The notes under the pieces: generated by a model | What the model saw: the letters and a program-made list of their open reading frames with translations, nothing else | Told to the model about the DNA's origin: nothing | The model's database searches: none | Source: Escherichia coli | GTDB lineage: Bacteria > Pseudomonadota > Gammaproteobacteria > Enterobacterales > Enterobacteriaceae | Strand: one strand, 5' to 3' | DNA length: 64,000 nt | NCBI RefSeq assembly: GCF_029227855.1 | Contig: NZ_CP074356.1 | Made by a program: the position numbers and the translations under genes | Shown here: positions 22,756 through 40,464 of the stretch, piece by piece | Layout of the letters: each line of letters opens with the position of its first letter | Position numbering within the stretch: the stretch's first letter is position 1

Positions 22756-23358
22756 ATGAGGTATTTTCTCTTTATATTTATAACAATCCCCCTTATCTCT
22801 GGAGGTCATATGAGTAATGATAGCGAAAAGATAATATCAACATATTCGCTCAATTTTTTATCACCAGATGATGTGAGGAAAGAAGAACTTAAGGCATCAC
22901 AAGGTGATAGTGATGCTGCATTTAAATTGTACAAATATTACCTTTTTTGCGAGCCAAAATCATACAGAAAACAGCACGAATGGTTAATAATATCGGCAAA
23001 TAATGGAAATGCTATAGCTCAATATAACTTATCAAGAGAACTTGAGTCAGAAGGAAAAGTAGATGAATCAATACAATGGCTGAAAAAATCAGCGGAACAT
23101 GGTAATAATTATGCACAATATCAGATATCAAAATATTTATTAAAAATAGGTGATATTAGAGGATCGGAATATTATCTAAACTTATCTGCGGATAACGGAT
23201 GTGTATTTGCAATAAAAGATATTATCAAAAATATGATGGATAGTGGAAGGTACGATGACGCCCTCATTTGGGTTGAAAAATTGAAAAAATTGTATCCTGA
23301 CACAAATACCGAACTTTACATACAAAAAATAACGCAGAAAAAAAAGCAATCCAAATAA
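22756..23358 (+). CDS. Sel1-repeat protein; putative cognate immunity protein of the Rhs C-terminal toxin
   Basis: Starts 2 nt after the toxin stop; alternative start at 22807 has a strong GGAGG RBS; Sel1-like repeats (GNAIAQYNL..., GNNYAQYQIS...); AT-rich. Confidence 0.6.
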   Translation: MRYFLFIFITIPLISGGHMSNDSEKIISTYSLNFLSPDDVRKEELKASQGDSDAAFKLYKYYLFCEPKSYRKQHEWLIISANNGNAIAQYNLSRELESEGKVDESIQWLKKSAEHGNNYAQYQISKYLLKIGDIRGSEYYLNLSADNGCVFAIKDIIKNMMDSGRYDDALIWVEKLKKLYPDTNTELYIQKITQKKKQSK

Positions 23359-23646
23359 TAATTATATATAATTACTCGCACAGAGTTACAGTATTGCAAG
23401 AAATATATCTAGCATATAAAGTCGCCGCCAGTAAAGATAAAGTACTGTGTAATCCTTCCTCCCATATAGGGGTAAAAACTTAGCATCCAGTGCCCTCGAC
23501 TTAATTTTTAGTATTTTCTCTGTGAAGTGACACTTCGTAGGATTCAGTTCATGTTTACCAGAAAAAAGGTGGTCATTCTGGTGGTCTTGACAATCTCGAT
23601 TTTTTGTTTTAGCTTTCCAATCAGCCAATTAATGGCTACGGCGATC

Positions 23647-23666
23647 CCAGTCAGAGGAGCCAAATT
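23647..23666. repeat. attR-like direct repeat of tRNA-Asn 3' end
   Basis: CCAGTCAGAGGAGCCAAATT matches the asnW 3' end (about 13094-13113); marks distal island boundary. Confidence 0.6.
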
Positions 23667-24113
23667 TTAGTTTTGAGACATCTCTATGAGTCTCAAGACA
23701 GTTAAAAAATAAAAATTATTTTTACCCGGTTACCTTGTAAAAAAGTGACCGGGTTTTTTGATTTCTGTGTTTCGTGCGCTTAATCGAGTCTCACGCTTCA
23801 GTGAGCAAATTGCCCCCCAACAGACATCACGATTCGCAAGGTCAAAAACTTCGTTCCGTGAAGTACCGTACAAAGGTATAGAGAAAAATACCTTATGCTG
23901 GATGTCGCTGTCGCGTTTTTATCGGGAAACTATGCGTAATTGCCACTTTGCCTTCTGTAATCAGAAAAAGAAGAACTGGAATTTTAATAAATATTATTTC
24001 TCTGGGAATGGGGATTTTTTATAATCAATATGACGAGTTGAACATTATATTTTTATAATGATTATATGAGATTAAAGAAATCTGCTATAAAGACAGATTT
24101 CTTTAAAATATAA

Positions 24114-24830
24114 TTAGAGATTTGCGACGTTATGATAAACTTTTTGTACATCGTCGTCATCTTCAAGGGCATCAACAAGCCCTTCAAAGATTTCTAAATC
24201 TTCTGGGGAAAGCTCAACTTCAGATTGAGCAATCATTTCTAATTCTGTTGTTGAGAACTCAGTGATTCCAGCTGCTTTTAGAGCCGCGATTCCTTTATGA
24301 AGGTCAGTAGGTTCAGTATAAATAACAATATTACCTTCTTCTTCAGTTACATCACGAACATCAACTTCAGCTTCAAGTAAAATTTCAAAAATATGGTCAG
24401 GGTCTGTTCCTTTAAATACAATCACACCCGTATTGTCAAACATATAGCTGACAGAACCTGCCGCTCCGATATTGCCGCCTTTTTTATTGAAAATTGTGCG
24501 AACGTTAGCAATCGTACGGTTAACATTGGAAGTCAAGGTCTCAGCGATAATCATTGAGCCATTAGGACCAAAGCCTTCATAACGGCCCTGCACGAACGTT
24601 TCATCTCCGCCGCCTTTGGCTTTATCAATTGCTTTATCAATAACATGCTTTGGAACTTGTGCCTGCTTTGCTCGTTCAATAACGAATTTTAAAGATGTGT
24701 TTAATTCTGGATCGGGTTCACCTTGTTTGGCAGCGGCATAGATTTCTACACCGAATTTTGCATAAATTTTAGACGTCGCACCGTCTTTAGCCGTTTTTTT
24801 AGCAACAATATTGGCCCATTTACGTCCCAC
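24114..24830 (-). CDS. yeeN: YebC/PmpR-family probable transcriptional regulator
   Basis: 238-aa ORF, YebC-family sequence; hairpin terminator at about 24075-24110. Confidence 0.9.
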
Positions 24831-25172
24831 TGGAATGATCTCCTCGAAAATTTATTTACATTACTGGTAAATCGTTAACATGTGTTAATTCGGCATATTA
24901 TATCATAACAGGAAAAATCTCGTCTATTAGAAATAAAAATATTCTAAAGTCATAATCTTATATTTAATTTCATAAAAAATTATATTGTTGGCGGGATTTT
25001 TTATAATTGTGTTTTGAAAGCATACTTGCTTTTAATATGTGGGAATTATTAAGACGATAATAAAACTCGCATCTGTCCAAGAAAGCAAACAGCCCGCGTT
25101 TATTGCAGGCTATTTGCCAGATGTCTTACTTACTCCTTCACATCTATTTCTGATAAGAAGGTTCAGAACTTA

Positions 25173-26627
25173 TTATCGGAACGGCGGCTCATTAAAGGTT
25201 CGTAATTTACGTGAATGCAGTCGGTCGCCTTCTGCGCGCAGCAAATCGATCGCCCGAATGCCAATTTGCAGGTGTTCGGAAATAGCGCCTTCATAAAAAC
25301 GGTTAGCCTGACCGGGAAGTTTAATCTCACCATGTAATGGTTTATCTGAAACACACAGTAGTGTCCCGTATGGCACGCGGAAACGATATCCTTGCGCGGC
25401 AATGGTTGCACTTTCCATATCAATTGCTACGGCCCGGCTTAAGTTAAAACGAAGTGCAGAAGCTGAGTAACGTAATTCCCAGTTCCTGTCATCTGTGGTT
25501 ACCACAGTACCAGTACGTAGCCGCTGTTTGACTTCCTCACCGGGCCTGCCGCTGACTAACTTGGTGGCGTCATAAAGCGCACGTTGCACTTCAGCAATAC
25601 TCGGAATAGGAATATCGGGCGGCAGTACCGCATCAAGAACGTGGTCATCGCGTAAATAAGCGTGTGCAAGTACATAATCTCCAATGGCCTGGCTTTCACG
25701 TAAGCCACCACAGTGACCAATCATCAACCAGACATCCGGGCGCAGCACCGCCAGATGATCGCAGATGGTTTTAGCATTTGACGGTCCCACGCCAATATTC
25801 ACCAGAGTAATACCCTGACCATCGGCGGTAATTAAATGCCATGCGGGCATCTGGTGTTTTTTCCATGCAAGGTCGGAAATGGCTTCTTCTGGCGCTTCGG
25901 TTTCGGCGGTGATCCAGTTCCCGCCAGCACAAGAAAGGGCAATGTAGGGACTATCAGGATCGAGGATCTGGCTGCATCCCCAACGAACGAATTCATCCAC
26001 ATAACGTGTGTAGTTGGTAAACAAGACGAACGGCTGAAAATGTTCAACTGGCGTACCGGTATAATGGCGCAACCGCGCAAGGGAAAAATCGACGCGGCGC
26101 GCATCAAAATGCGATAGCGGGGAGAATTCCGTTGGATGATAAATGCCGTCTGCAGTTTCATCGCCAATTTGCGCCAGTTCTGTTGTCGGGAAATAGCGAG
26201 TTAACCCAGCGCTCATTGAGCGATCAAGTGTCAATTCAGAGCCATCGATGACATAAGGATAAGGGATTTCATGCTGCGAGGGTTGCACCGAGATATGCGC
26301 ACCATAATCCTGATACAGCAACGTAAGTTGTTCATTGAGATACGAACGAAAGAGAGTAGGGCGAGTAATCGTGGTGGTGTAGCTGCCTGCGTGGGTAAAA
26401 CGACCAAATGCGCGCGTTTTGGGGGGATTGGTTGTGCTACCGTCCCAGGTTACGGTCAGTGATGGATAGACAAAAAGACCTTGTTTGCGGGCGTTTTCAT
26501 CAGGTAATTCGCCACTTGTAATATATTTGCCAATGGCGTTGCGTAAAGCGACTACAGATTGCTCATACAGCGCGTCGAGTTTATCCAGTGCCTGAGCTGG
26601 GGTCAGACCGGAGCCCTTATTATTCAT
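25173..26627 (-). CDS. amn: AMP nucleosidase
   Basis: Track ORF 25173-26783; internal ATG at codon 53 gives the 484-aa Amn length (MNNKGSGLTPAQALDKL...). Confidence 0.9.
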   Translation of the reverse strand: MNNKGSGLTPAQALDKLDALYEQSVVALRNAIGKYITSGELPDENARKQGLFVYPSLTVTWDGSTTNPPKTRAFGRFTHAGSYTTTITRPTLFRSYLNEQLTLLYQDYGAHISVQPSQHEIPYPYVIDGSELTLDRSMSAGLTRYFPTTELAQIGDETADGIYHPTEFSPLSHFDARRVDFSLARLRHYTGTPVEHFQPFVLFTNYTRYVDEFVRWGCSQILDPDSPYIALSCAGGNWITAETEAPEEAISDLAWKKHQMPAWHLITADGQGITLVNIGVGPSNAKTICDHLAVLRPDVWLMIGHCGGLRESQAIGDYVLAHAYLRDDHVLDAVLPPDIPIPSIAEVQRALYDATKLVSGRPGEEVKQRLRTGTVVTTDDRNWELRYSASALRFNLSRAVAIDMESATIAAQGYRFRVPYGTLLCVSDKPLHGEIKLPGQANRFYEGAISEHLQIGIRAIDLLRAEGDRLHSRKLRTFNEPPFR

Positions 26628-26728
26628 GTGTGTCTCCTGTTCCATACAATTACCGCACATCCGATAGTATGTCACAGGAATGTGAAACAAAAGTGTAAGG
26701 CGAAGATCGGATGATCTTCGCCAGGCTA

Positions 26729-28045
26729 TTAAGCGCGTTGATTGTCTTTCATCAACAAAGCGGTCATTGCGGAAATCAGGCATCCAGCCAGCAAATAAAT
26801 AGCGACGCTATGCCAGTTCCCGGCAAAGTAAGTGATGAGTGCAGCGGCAATAAAAGGTGTAAATCCACCGCCAACCACACTGGCAACCTGATAACCGACT
26901 CCAGCGCCACTATAGCGATAACTGGCACCAAACATTTCGGTAAACATCGGTTGTTGTACACACACCACCATATCATGCGCAATGTTTGCCAGCATGATGG
27001 AGAAGAAAACTATCCAGAAAATAGATTGTGCTTCAAGCGCCATAAAGAAAGGAAATGCGCTCAACGTTCCGAATAACGCACCTGTGATATAAACCCTGCG
27101 GCGACCAAAACGATCGGCAAGCCAGGCAAAACAGGGAATTGTCAGGCAGCTTAATCCACCGACCAGCAAACCAATATTAAGGAAAAGTTCGCGCGGTAAC
27201 CCCATATTCTGGGTTGAATAATTAAGTGCAAAGGCAGTAACAATGTACATCGTCAGCAACTCGCACAGTCGTAGTGCAATAATCTTCAGGAAAGCACCGG
27301 GATGTCGTAACAGAGCTTCGATAACCGGGATGCGTTTTTTCGCGGCCGCTTGATTATGTTGCTGTTGTTCAAATTCCGCGGACTCCTCCATGCCATTGCG
27401 CACCCACAATGCTCCCAGTACCAGTACGATGCTAAACAGGAAAGGAATGCGCCAGCCCCAGCTTAAAAACTGTTCGTCAGTCGTCATCATACTGATCAAT
27501 GAAACCAGTCCGGTTGAAAGCAGTAAACCTACTCCGTAGCCAACTTGTACACCGCTACTGTAAAAGGCTTTTTTATTTTTCGGCGCACTTTCAACGGAAA
27601 GCAACGCTGCGCCTCCCCATTCGCCGCCGACGGCAAATCCCTGAATGGCACGCAGTGTCACCAGCAAAATAGGTGCCCACCACCCAATGGTCGAGAATGA
27701 AGGAAGAATACCAATCAAGGCTGTCGCGATGCCCATCATCCAGACGGTCAGCATTAACATGCGCTTACGTCCCAGTCGGTCGCCAAAGTGACCGAAAATG
27801 ACACCGCCTAGCGGTCGGAAAAGGAAGCCGACACCAAAGGTGGCAAATGCGGCGAGCGTTCCCATCGCCGGGCTTACTTGCGGGAAAAACTCGCGATTAA
27901 ACACCAGTGCGGCGGTAATGCCATAGAGTAAAAAATCATACCAGTCGACGACGGCACCAGCGAAACTGCCTAACGCAGCTCGTCGGGCGCGACTTAACGA
28001 AAGCGTCCCTTCATCGGGACGAGTGGAGATGAGCGTGGAGTCCAT
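26729..28045 (-). CDS. shiA: Shikimate transporter (MFS)
   Basis: 438-aa 12-TM MFS protein. Confidence 0.9.
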   Translation of the reverse strand: MDSTLISTRPDEGTLSLSRARRAALGSFAGAVVDWYDFLLYGITAALVFNREFFPQVSPAMGTLAAFATFGVGFLFRPLGGVIFGHFGDRLGRKRMLMLTVWMMGIATALIGILPSFSTIGWWAPILLVTLRAIQGFAVGGEWGGAALLSVESAPKNKKAFYSSGVQVGYGVGLLLSTGLVSLISMMTTDEQFLSWGWRIPFLFSIVLVLGALWVRNGMEESAEFEQQQHNQAAAKKRIPVIEALLRHPGAFLKIIALRLCELLTMYIVTAFALNYSTQNMGLPRELFLNIGLLVGGLSCLTIPCFAWLADRFGRRRVYITGALFGTLSAFPFFMALEAQSIFWIVFFSIMLANIAHDMVVCVQQPMFTEMFGASYRYSGAGVGYQVASVVGGGFTPFIAAALITYFAGNWHSVAIYLLAGCLISAMTALLMKDNQRA

Positions 28046-28359
28046 AATGATCCTGTTTGTACTGTCTTTTTATAATTAGTATGGAAAAGGTAACTCACAT
28101 TGCCGTCGATCTATAAACGAACCTTATGAGACTACCTCGACAGAGCGCATCTGCAAATGATTTTATGGCTGATTAGCGGCAACATGAAAAATTCGATGGA
28201 AGATGAAAGCACGGGCGTTGCTGGTGTTGTTTAAGGATTAAGCAGAGCACCCACAGGTTCGAGATATGAAACATAAAAGTCCGCATATGTACAAAATAGC
28301 ACCCTGATGAGTCTGATAGACTGCATTGCATTATAACCAGTAGGGAGGCGAGGTTAGGT

Positions 28360-29412
28360 ATGTTTTTAGCATCATTGTTGAGACGTATTGCATTTAGTTA
28401 CTACGATTATAAAGCTAATAATTTCAATATTGGAAAAACAGACTTTGTTGTCATCCATATTCCCGATCAAATTGGCGATGCTATGGCCATCTTTCCAGTT
28501 ATTCGGGCGATTGAAATGCATAAAATAAAGCATCTTTTAATTGTTACTTCGACTATTAATTTAGAAGTCTTTAATGCGCTCAAACTTGAACAGACTAAAT
28601 TAACATTAGTTACAATGACTATGCAGGATCACGCAACATTAAAAGAAATAAAAAATTTAGCGAAGAACATAACACTGCAATACGGTACGCCGGATCTTTG
28701 TATAGAGGCGATGCGTAAAAAGAACCTGAAAACGATGATATTTATCAGTCAGTTGAAAGCAAAAACGAATTTTCAGGTTGTTGGTTTAACCATGAAGTGC
28801 TATTCCCCTTTGTGTAAGGACGCGTCCCGGATGGATCAGAGTCTCCGGGCTCCCGTACCCATGACATGGGCATTTATGATGCGTGAGGCGGGTTTTCCAG
28901 CAGTCAGGCCAATATATGAATTGCCACTAAGTGAGGATGTACTCGATGAGGTGCGCGAGGAAATGCGATCGTTAGGAGCTTACATTGCGCTCAATTTAGA
29001 AGGTAGTGCACAGGAACGTACATTTTCATTATCGATAGCAGAAAATCTAATAGCAAAAATTCAAAGTGAAACAGATATGCCAATAGTGATCGTTCATGGA
29101 CCAAAAGGGGAAGATAAAGCCAGGGTATTAGTGGATTGTTATAATAATGTCTTCCGTTTATCCTTATCACCCTCGATTAAACGTTCGGCAGCAATCATAA
29201 AAGATGCTTATATCGCAATAACTCCTGACACCTCAATATTACATATGGCAAGTGCCTATAATACCCCCGTTGTTGCAATTTATGCTGATTACAAAACGCG
29301 ATGGCCCGCAATGGCCGATGTTTCGGAGTCAGTCGTCGTTGGGCAAAAAATTGACAATATAAGTCTGGATGAATTCGCAAAGGCATTAAAAAGTGTTTTG
29401 GCGAGAATATGA
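28360..29412 (+). CDS. yeeL: Glycosyltransferase family 9 (heptosyltransferase-like) protein, apparently intact
   Basis: 350-aa uninterrupted ORF in AT-rich DNA at the yeeL position between shiA and yeeJ. Confidence 0.7.
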   Translation: MFLASLLRRIAFSYYDYKANNFNIGKTDFVVIHIPDQIGDAMAIFPVIRAIEMHKIKHLLIVTSTINLEVFNALKLEQTKLTLVTMTMQDHATLKEIKNLAKNITLQYGTPDLCIEAMRKKNLKTMIFISQLKAKTNFQVVGLTMKCYSPLCKDASRMDQSLRAPVPMTWAFMMREAGFPAVRPIYELPLSEDVLDEVREEMRSLGAYIALNLEGSAQERTFSLSIAENLIAKIQSETDMPIVIVHGPKGEDKARVLVDCYNNVFRLSLSPSIKRSAAIIKDAYIAITPDTSILHMASAYNTPVVAIYADYKTRWPAMADVSESVVVGQKIDNISLDEFAKALKSVLARI

Positions 29413-29673
29413 GGCAGTATTTATGCATATTAATGCCGATCTGTTATGAACGGTGGTGTCATCAATACTCTGTGGCTGGTCAATCATTACAGAAAGCCAG
29501 TCTTTGGAGCAAAGCTGTACTCACCGGATACAACCATAGTCACACCGAACGCGAATCTGGCGGTATCGCATTTTTATTTATTCATTTTCTGTGAGAGAAG
29601 GGCAAGTTCTGTAGAGGGAATGTAAAAAAGAGTGCCCCGAATGGAGCACTCTTTAAGGAATTATAGCGGAAAA

Positions 29674-37656
<7,983 letters not shown>

Positions 37657-37968
37657 GCTTACCTTCCCTGAACGAGCTAACATAAATGCGCCCTTTCTAG
37701 CACAGCGAAAAAATATAAATCCTGATAGCAATATGATTGAAAATTAATAACTTTTCGTTAGGCAGTTTTGGGTGTGAGTTGCAAGAGGGGAGACTACTGA
37801 ATTACTCAAGTTTTATAATCGAGGGGAAAATGGTGATGGCGTCCATAGCAAAACGCCCTCAACCATAAAGGTCGAGGGCGCTTAAGATGTCAAAAACCCG
37901 CTATCCGTTAAAAAGCAATGCTCAACTAAGGTCAGTGACATTGCGCTAAAAAGCAAATTTTTAGAATT

Positions 37969-38044
37969 TGGCTCCTCTGACTGGACTCGAACCAGTGACA
38001 TACGGATTAACAGTCCGCCGTTCTACCGACTGAACTACAGAGGA
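37969..38044 (-). tRNA. asnT: tRNA-Asn (GUU)
   Basis: Identical 76-nt tRNA-Asn on minus strand. Confidence 0.9.
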
Positions 38045-38144
38045 ATCGTGTGAACGGGGCGCATATTACTTAGCGGTACCTTGTCTGTCAACACTAAATT
38101 TCATAAGTCATTTCAATTGGTTAATTAATCTGCAAAGTTGTTAA

Positions 38145-38942
38145 TTAATGAACATTCGTCGTCGAAAACGAGTCTGTATCATTAGCGTGGTGCAGTCTCT
38201 GCAAAGGATCTTGTTGATAAAATTGGCAGAAACGTTGCCACAATGAAGGGAAACGAGGAGCAAAAAGTTCTGGGGCGCTAAAGAAATATTCAGAAAGTAC
38301 GGCAAAACATTCAGCAGGATCACTGGCAGCATAAGCATCAATGCTCGCCGCATTCTCGCCAACCAATTCGATTTCTTCCTGAATGTTGTTCATTGCAGCA
38401 TGAAGATCGTATTCCCAGCCAGCAACCTCACGCAACGGAATAAAGGGAACTCCGCTGGCGCGATCGCCGTTACGGGTGTCCAGCTTATGAGCGACTTCAT
38501 GAATAATCAGGTTAAAACCAGAAGCATCAAAAGAATCTTGTATATCCAACCAGTTCAAAACGATAGGCCCTTGCTGCCAGCTCTGACCTGACTGAACAAT
38601 ACGTTGGTTATGCACCAGACCGATATCGTCTTCCCATTCATCATCGACCACAAATGGCGCAGGATAAATTAAGACTTCATGAAAACCATCCAGCCATTCC
38701 AGTCCTAACTCCAGAACGGGCAGGCAAAATAGAAGTGCTATCCGGCAGCTTCTTAATGAATCCAGTTCAAAGCCCTGTAAAGGAACAAGCCGCTTTTGCT
38801 GTAAAAAACGTTCGGCAAGAGTGACTAATTTGCTTTGTTCCTGTTCCGTCAGACACGTTAAAAGGGGGATCGATAGTGCTTCCTGCCAGGGAAGGGCAGT
38901 TTGATGTGCTGATTCTTGTACTTTCCAGGGCCACTTAATCAT
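38145..38942 (-). CDS. mtfA: Mlc titration factor A (zinc-dependent peptidase family)
   Basis: Internal ATG gives 265 aa starting [14 protein letters not shown]; HExxH motif ([10 protein letters not shown]). Confidence 0.85.
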   Translation of the reverse strand: MIKWPWKVQESAHQTALPWQEALSIPLLTCLTEQEQSKLVTLAERFLQQKRLVPLQGFELDSLRSCRIALLFCLPVLELGLEWLDGFHEVLIYPAPFVVDDEWEDDIGLVHNQRIVQSGQSWQQGPIVLNWLDIQDSFDASGFNLIIHEVAHKLDTRNGDRASGVPFIPLREVAGWEYDLHAAMNNIQEEIELVGENAASIDAYAASDPAECFAVLSEYFFSAPELFAPRFPSLWQRFCQFYQQDPLQRLHHANDTDSFSTTNVH

Positions 38943-39035
38943 CGTTTTGCTCGCAAACTCGTCACTTGAACAAAATTGCACGGACAGGGACTGTTAAAAT
39001 GCCAAATTTCCTGGCATCATGGCAACCATCTGAAC

Positions 39036-39125
39036 GGAGAGATGCCGGAGCGGCTGAACGGACCGGTCTCGAAAACCGGAGTAGGGGCAACTCTACCGGG
39101 GGTTCAAATCCCCCTCTCTCCGCCA
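39036..39125 (+). tRNA. serU: tRNA-Ser (CGA); prophage integration site
   Basis: GGAGAGATGCCGGAGCGGCTGAACGGACCGGTCTCGAAAACCGG...CTCTCCGCCA with long variable arm; integrase gene begins about 50 bp downstream. Confidence 0.9.
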
Positions 39126-39177
39126 AAATTCAATCACTTATACATCATTAAGTCAGTGACAAAAATCACACTTGGAA

Positions 39178-40203
39178 TTACTTGGAATATTTTCTTGGAA
39201 TATTTTCAGGTAACGGGACATCAAGTGTCGGTGAAACTTTAACCTTCCTGTCATAGATTAGCACTTGCCCCTCGGTTTTGTGACCAGAGAAAAGTTGCTT
39301 ATCCCGACTGCTTCCTTCATAGTCTGAAATTCCTTTCGCCTTCAGATCATGAAAGGTGAAGTCGGTTAAAATACCTGAAATTTTGCCTGCGCGATTTCTT
39401 GCTTCTACCCACATTTCGTTAAAGCCTTTGTACATATATCGGTTGCCGTACTGATTGCTGATTACATAGGCGGATGTTGGTAACTGTTTTGCTTTTTCGA
39501 TCGCCGCCTGTAATCGTGGACTCCATGCTTTTATCTGTTTTTTTCCTGTTTTCCCTTGCTGGATAAAGATCCCGTCGTTTCCAATCTGCTCCCATTTCAG
39601 CGATAACACATCGGAAACCCTCGCTGCACACAGATAGGCAATTTCCATTGCGATAAAAACAGGAAGAGGTGCAACGCTTAATACTGCCTGGTATTCTTTG
39701 TCGGTTACATATCGTTCGCGGTTTTTGGCCTTGAATTTACTTACACCTGCACATGGGTTAGCCTTCACGTACCCTCGCTCATACCCCCAACTGTAAACGC
39801 GGGACATACTGCTTTTTTCATGGTTGGCTTGCGTTTTACTCTGTTCCCCTCTCTTGTCCATGTATCGACGGATGTGTTCTGGTTTTATGGAATCTGCCGG
39901 CACCTTACCGAATACGGCAAGCAACTTTTTTTGATGTTGCAGATAATCTTTTTGTGTTCTTGGACTGAGGTCACTGTAATAGGCGCTGGCGAGGAATTTT
40001 TCCCACAAGCGACCGAATGTCATTGCACGATCGCGATTATTTACAGTTTCCTCATACTTTTTCCATAAAGCAGCTAAACCATCCTTGATGGCGGTTAGTG
40101 TTACAGATTCTCTGGATGTTGGTTTCCATACATAACTATATTTATTTGGGTATACATTTGGAGGTAATTTTTCGTGTTCAGGATTTTTCCTTCGTCTTCC
40201 CAT
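39178..40203 (-). CDS. int: Phage integrase (tyrosine recombinase)
   Basis: 341-aa ORF starting MGRRRKNPEHEKLPPNVY (lambda-Int-like N-terminus); adjacent to tRNA-Ser. Confidence 0.9.
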   Translation of the reverse strand: MGRRRKNPEHEKLPPNVYPNKYSYVWKPTSRESVTLTAIKDGLAALWKKYEETVNNRDRAMTFGRLWEKFLASAYYSDLSPRTQKDYLQHQKKLLAVFGKVPADSIKPEHIRRYMDKRGEQSKTQANHEKSSMSRVYSWGYERGYVKANPCAGVSKFKAKNRERYVTDKEYQAVLSVAPLPVFIAMEIAYLCAARVSDVLSLKWEQIGNDGIFIQQGKTGKKQIKAWSPRLQAAIEKAKQLPTSAYVISNQYGNRYMYKGFNEMWVEARNRAGKISGILTDFTFHDLKAKGISDYEGSSRDKQLFSGHKTEGQVLIYDRKVKVSPTLDVPLPENIPRKYSK

Positions 40204-40406
40204 CAGATCGCACCAAAATTCGGCTCTACCTCGCGTGGTGGTAAAGTTTTATTGCAGGTAAATAGATCCCGGCTGACAATCGGTTTGCCACTACGATTGG
40301 TATAGAACGGAAGCCCGTTTTCCATTAACCATTTTCGCTGGTGGCTTGCATATTTGCAGCCCGTTAATATTAGCAATTCATCTTCGGTTAAAAATAAGCT
40401 GCTCAT
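40203..40406 (-). CDS. xis: Excisionase-like protein
   Basis: 67-aa ORF immediately upstream of int and overlapping its start. Confidence 0.6.
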   Translation of the reverse strand: MSSLFLTEDELLILTGCKYASHQRKWLMENGLPFYTNRSGKPIVSRDLFTCNKTLPPREVEPNFGAI

Positions 40407-40464
40407 AGCTATATCTCATAACCGCCGCTAACTATATACGGTTAGCGGCAATTAGGGTTGAACA

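Larger units (their letters stand above)
13110..23666. mobile_element. Decayed genomic island at tRNA-Asn (~10.5 kb)
   Basis: Flanked by tRNA-Asn 3' end and a direct repeat CCAGTCAGAGGAGCCAAATT at about 23647-23666; contains integrase pseudogene, repeat array, recombinase fragment, Rhs toxin module; GC content heterogeneous. Confidence 0.65.

Noticed and set aside
23386-23628. 80-aa minus-strand ORF after the immunity gene
   Set aside because: AT-rich intergenic island edge with no RBS or homolog signal; probably non-coding.
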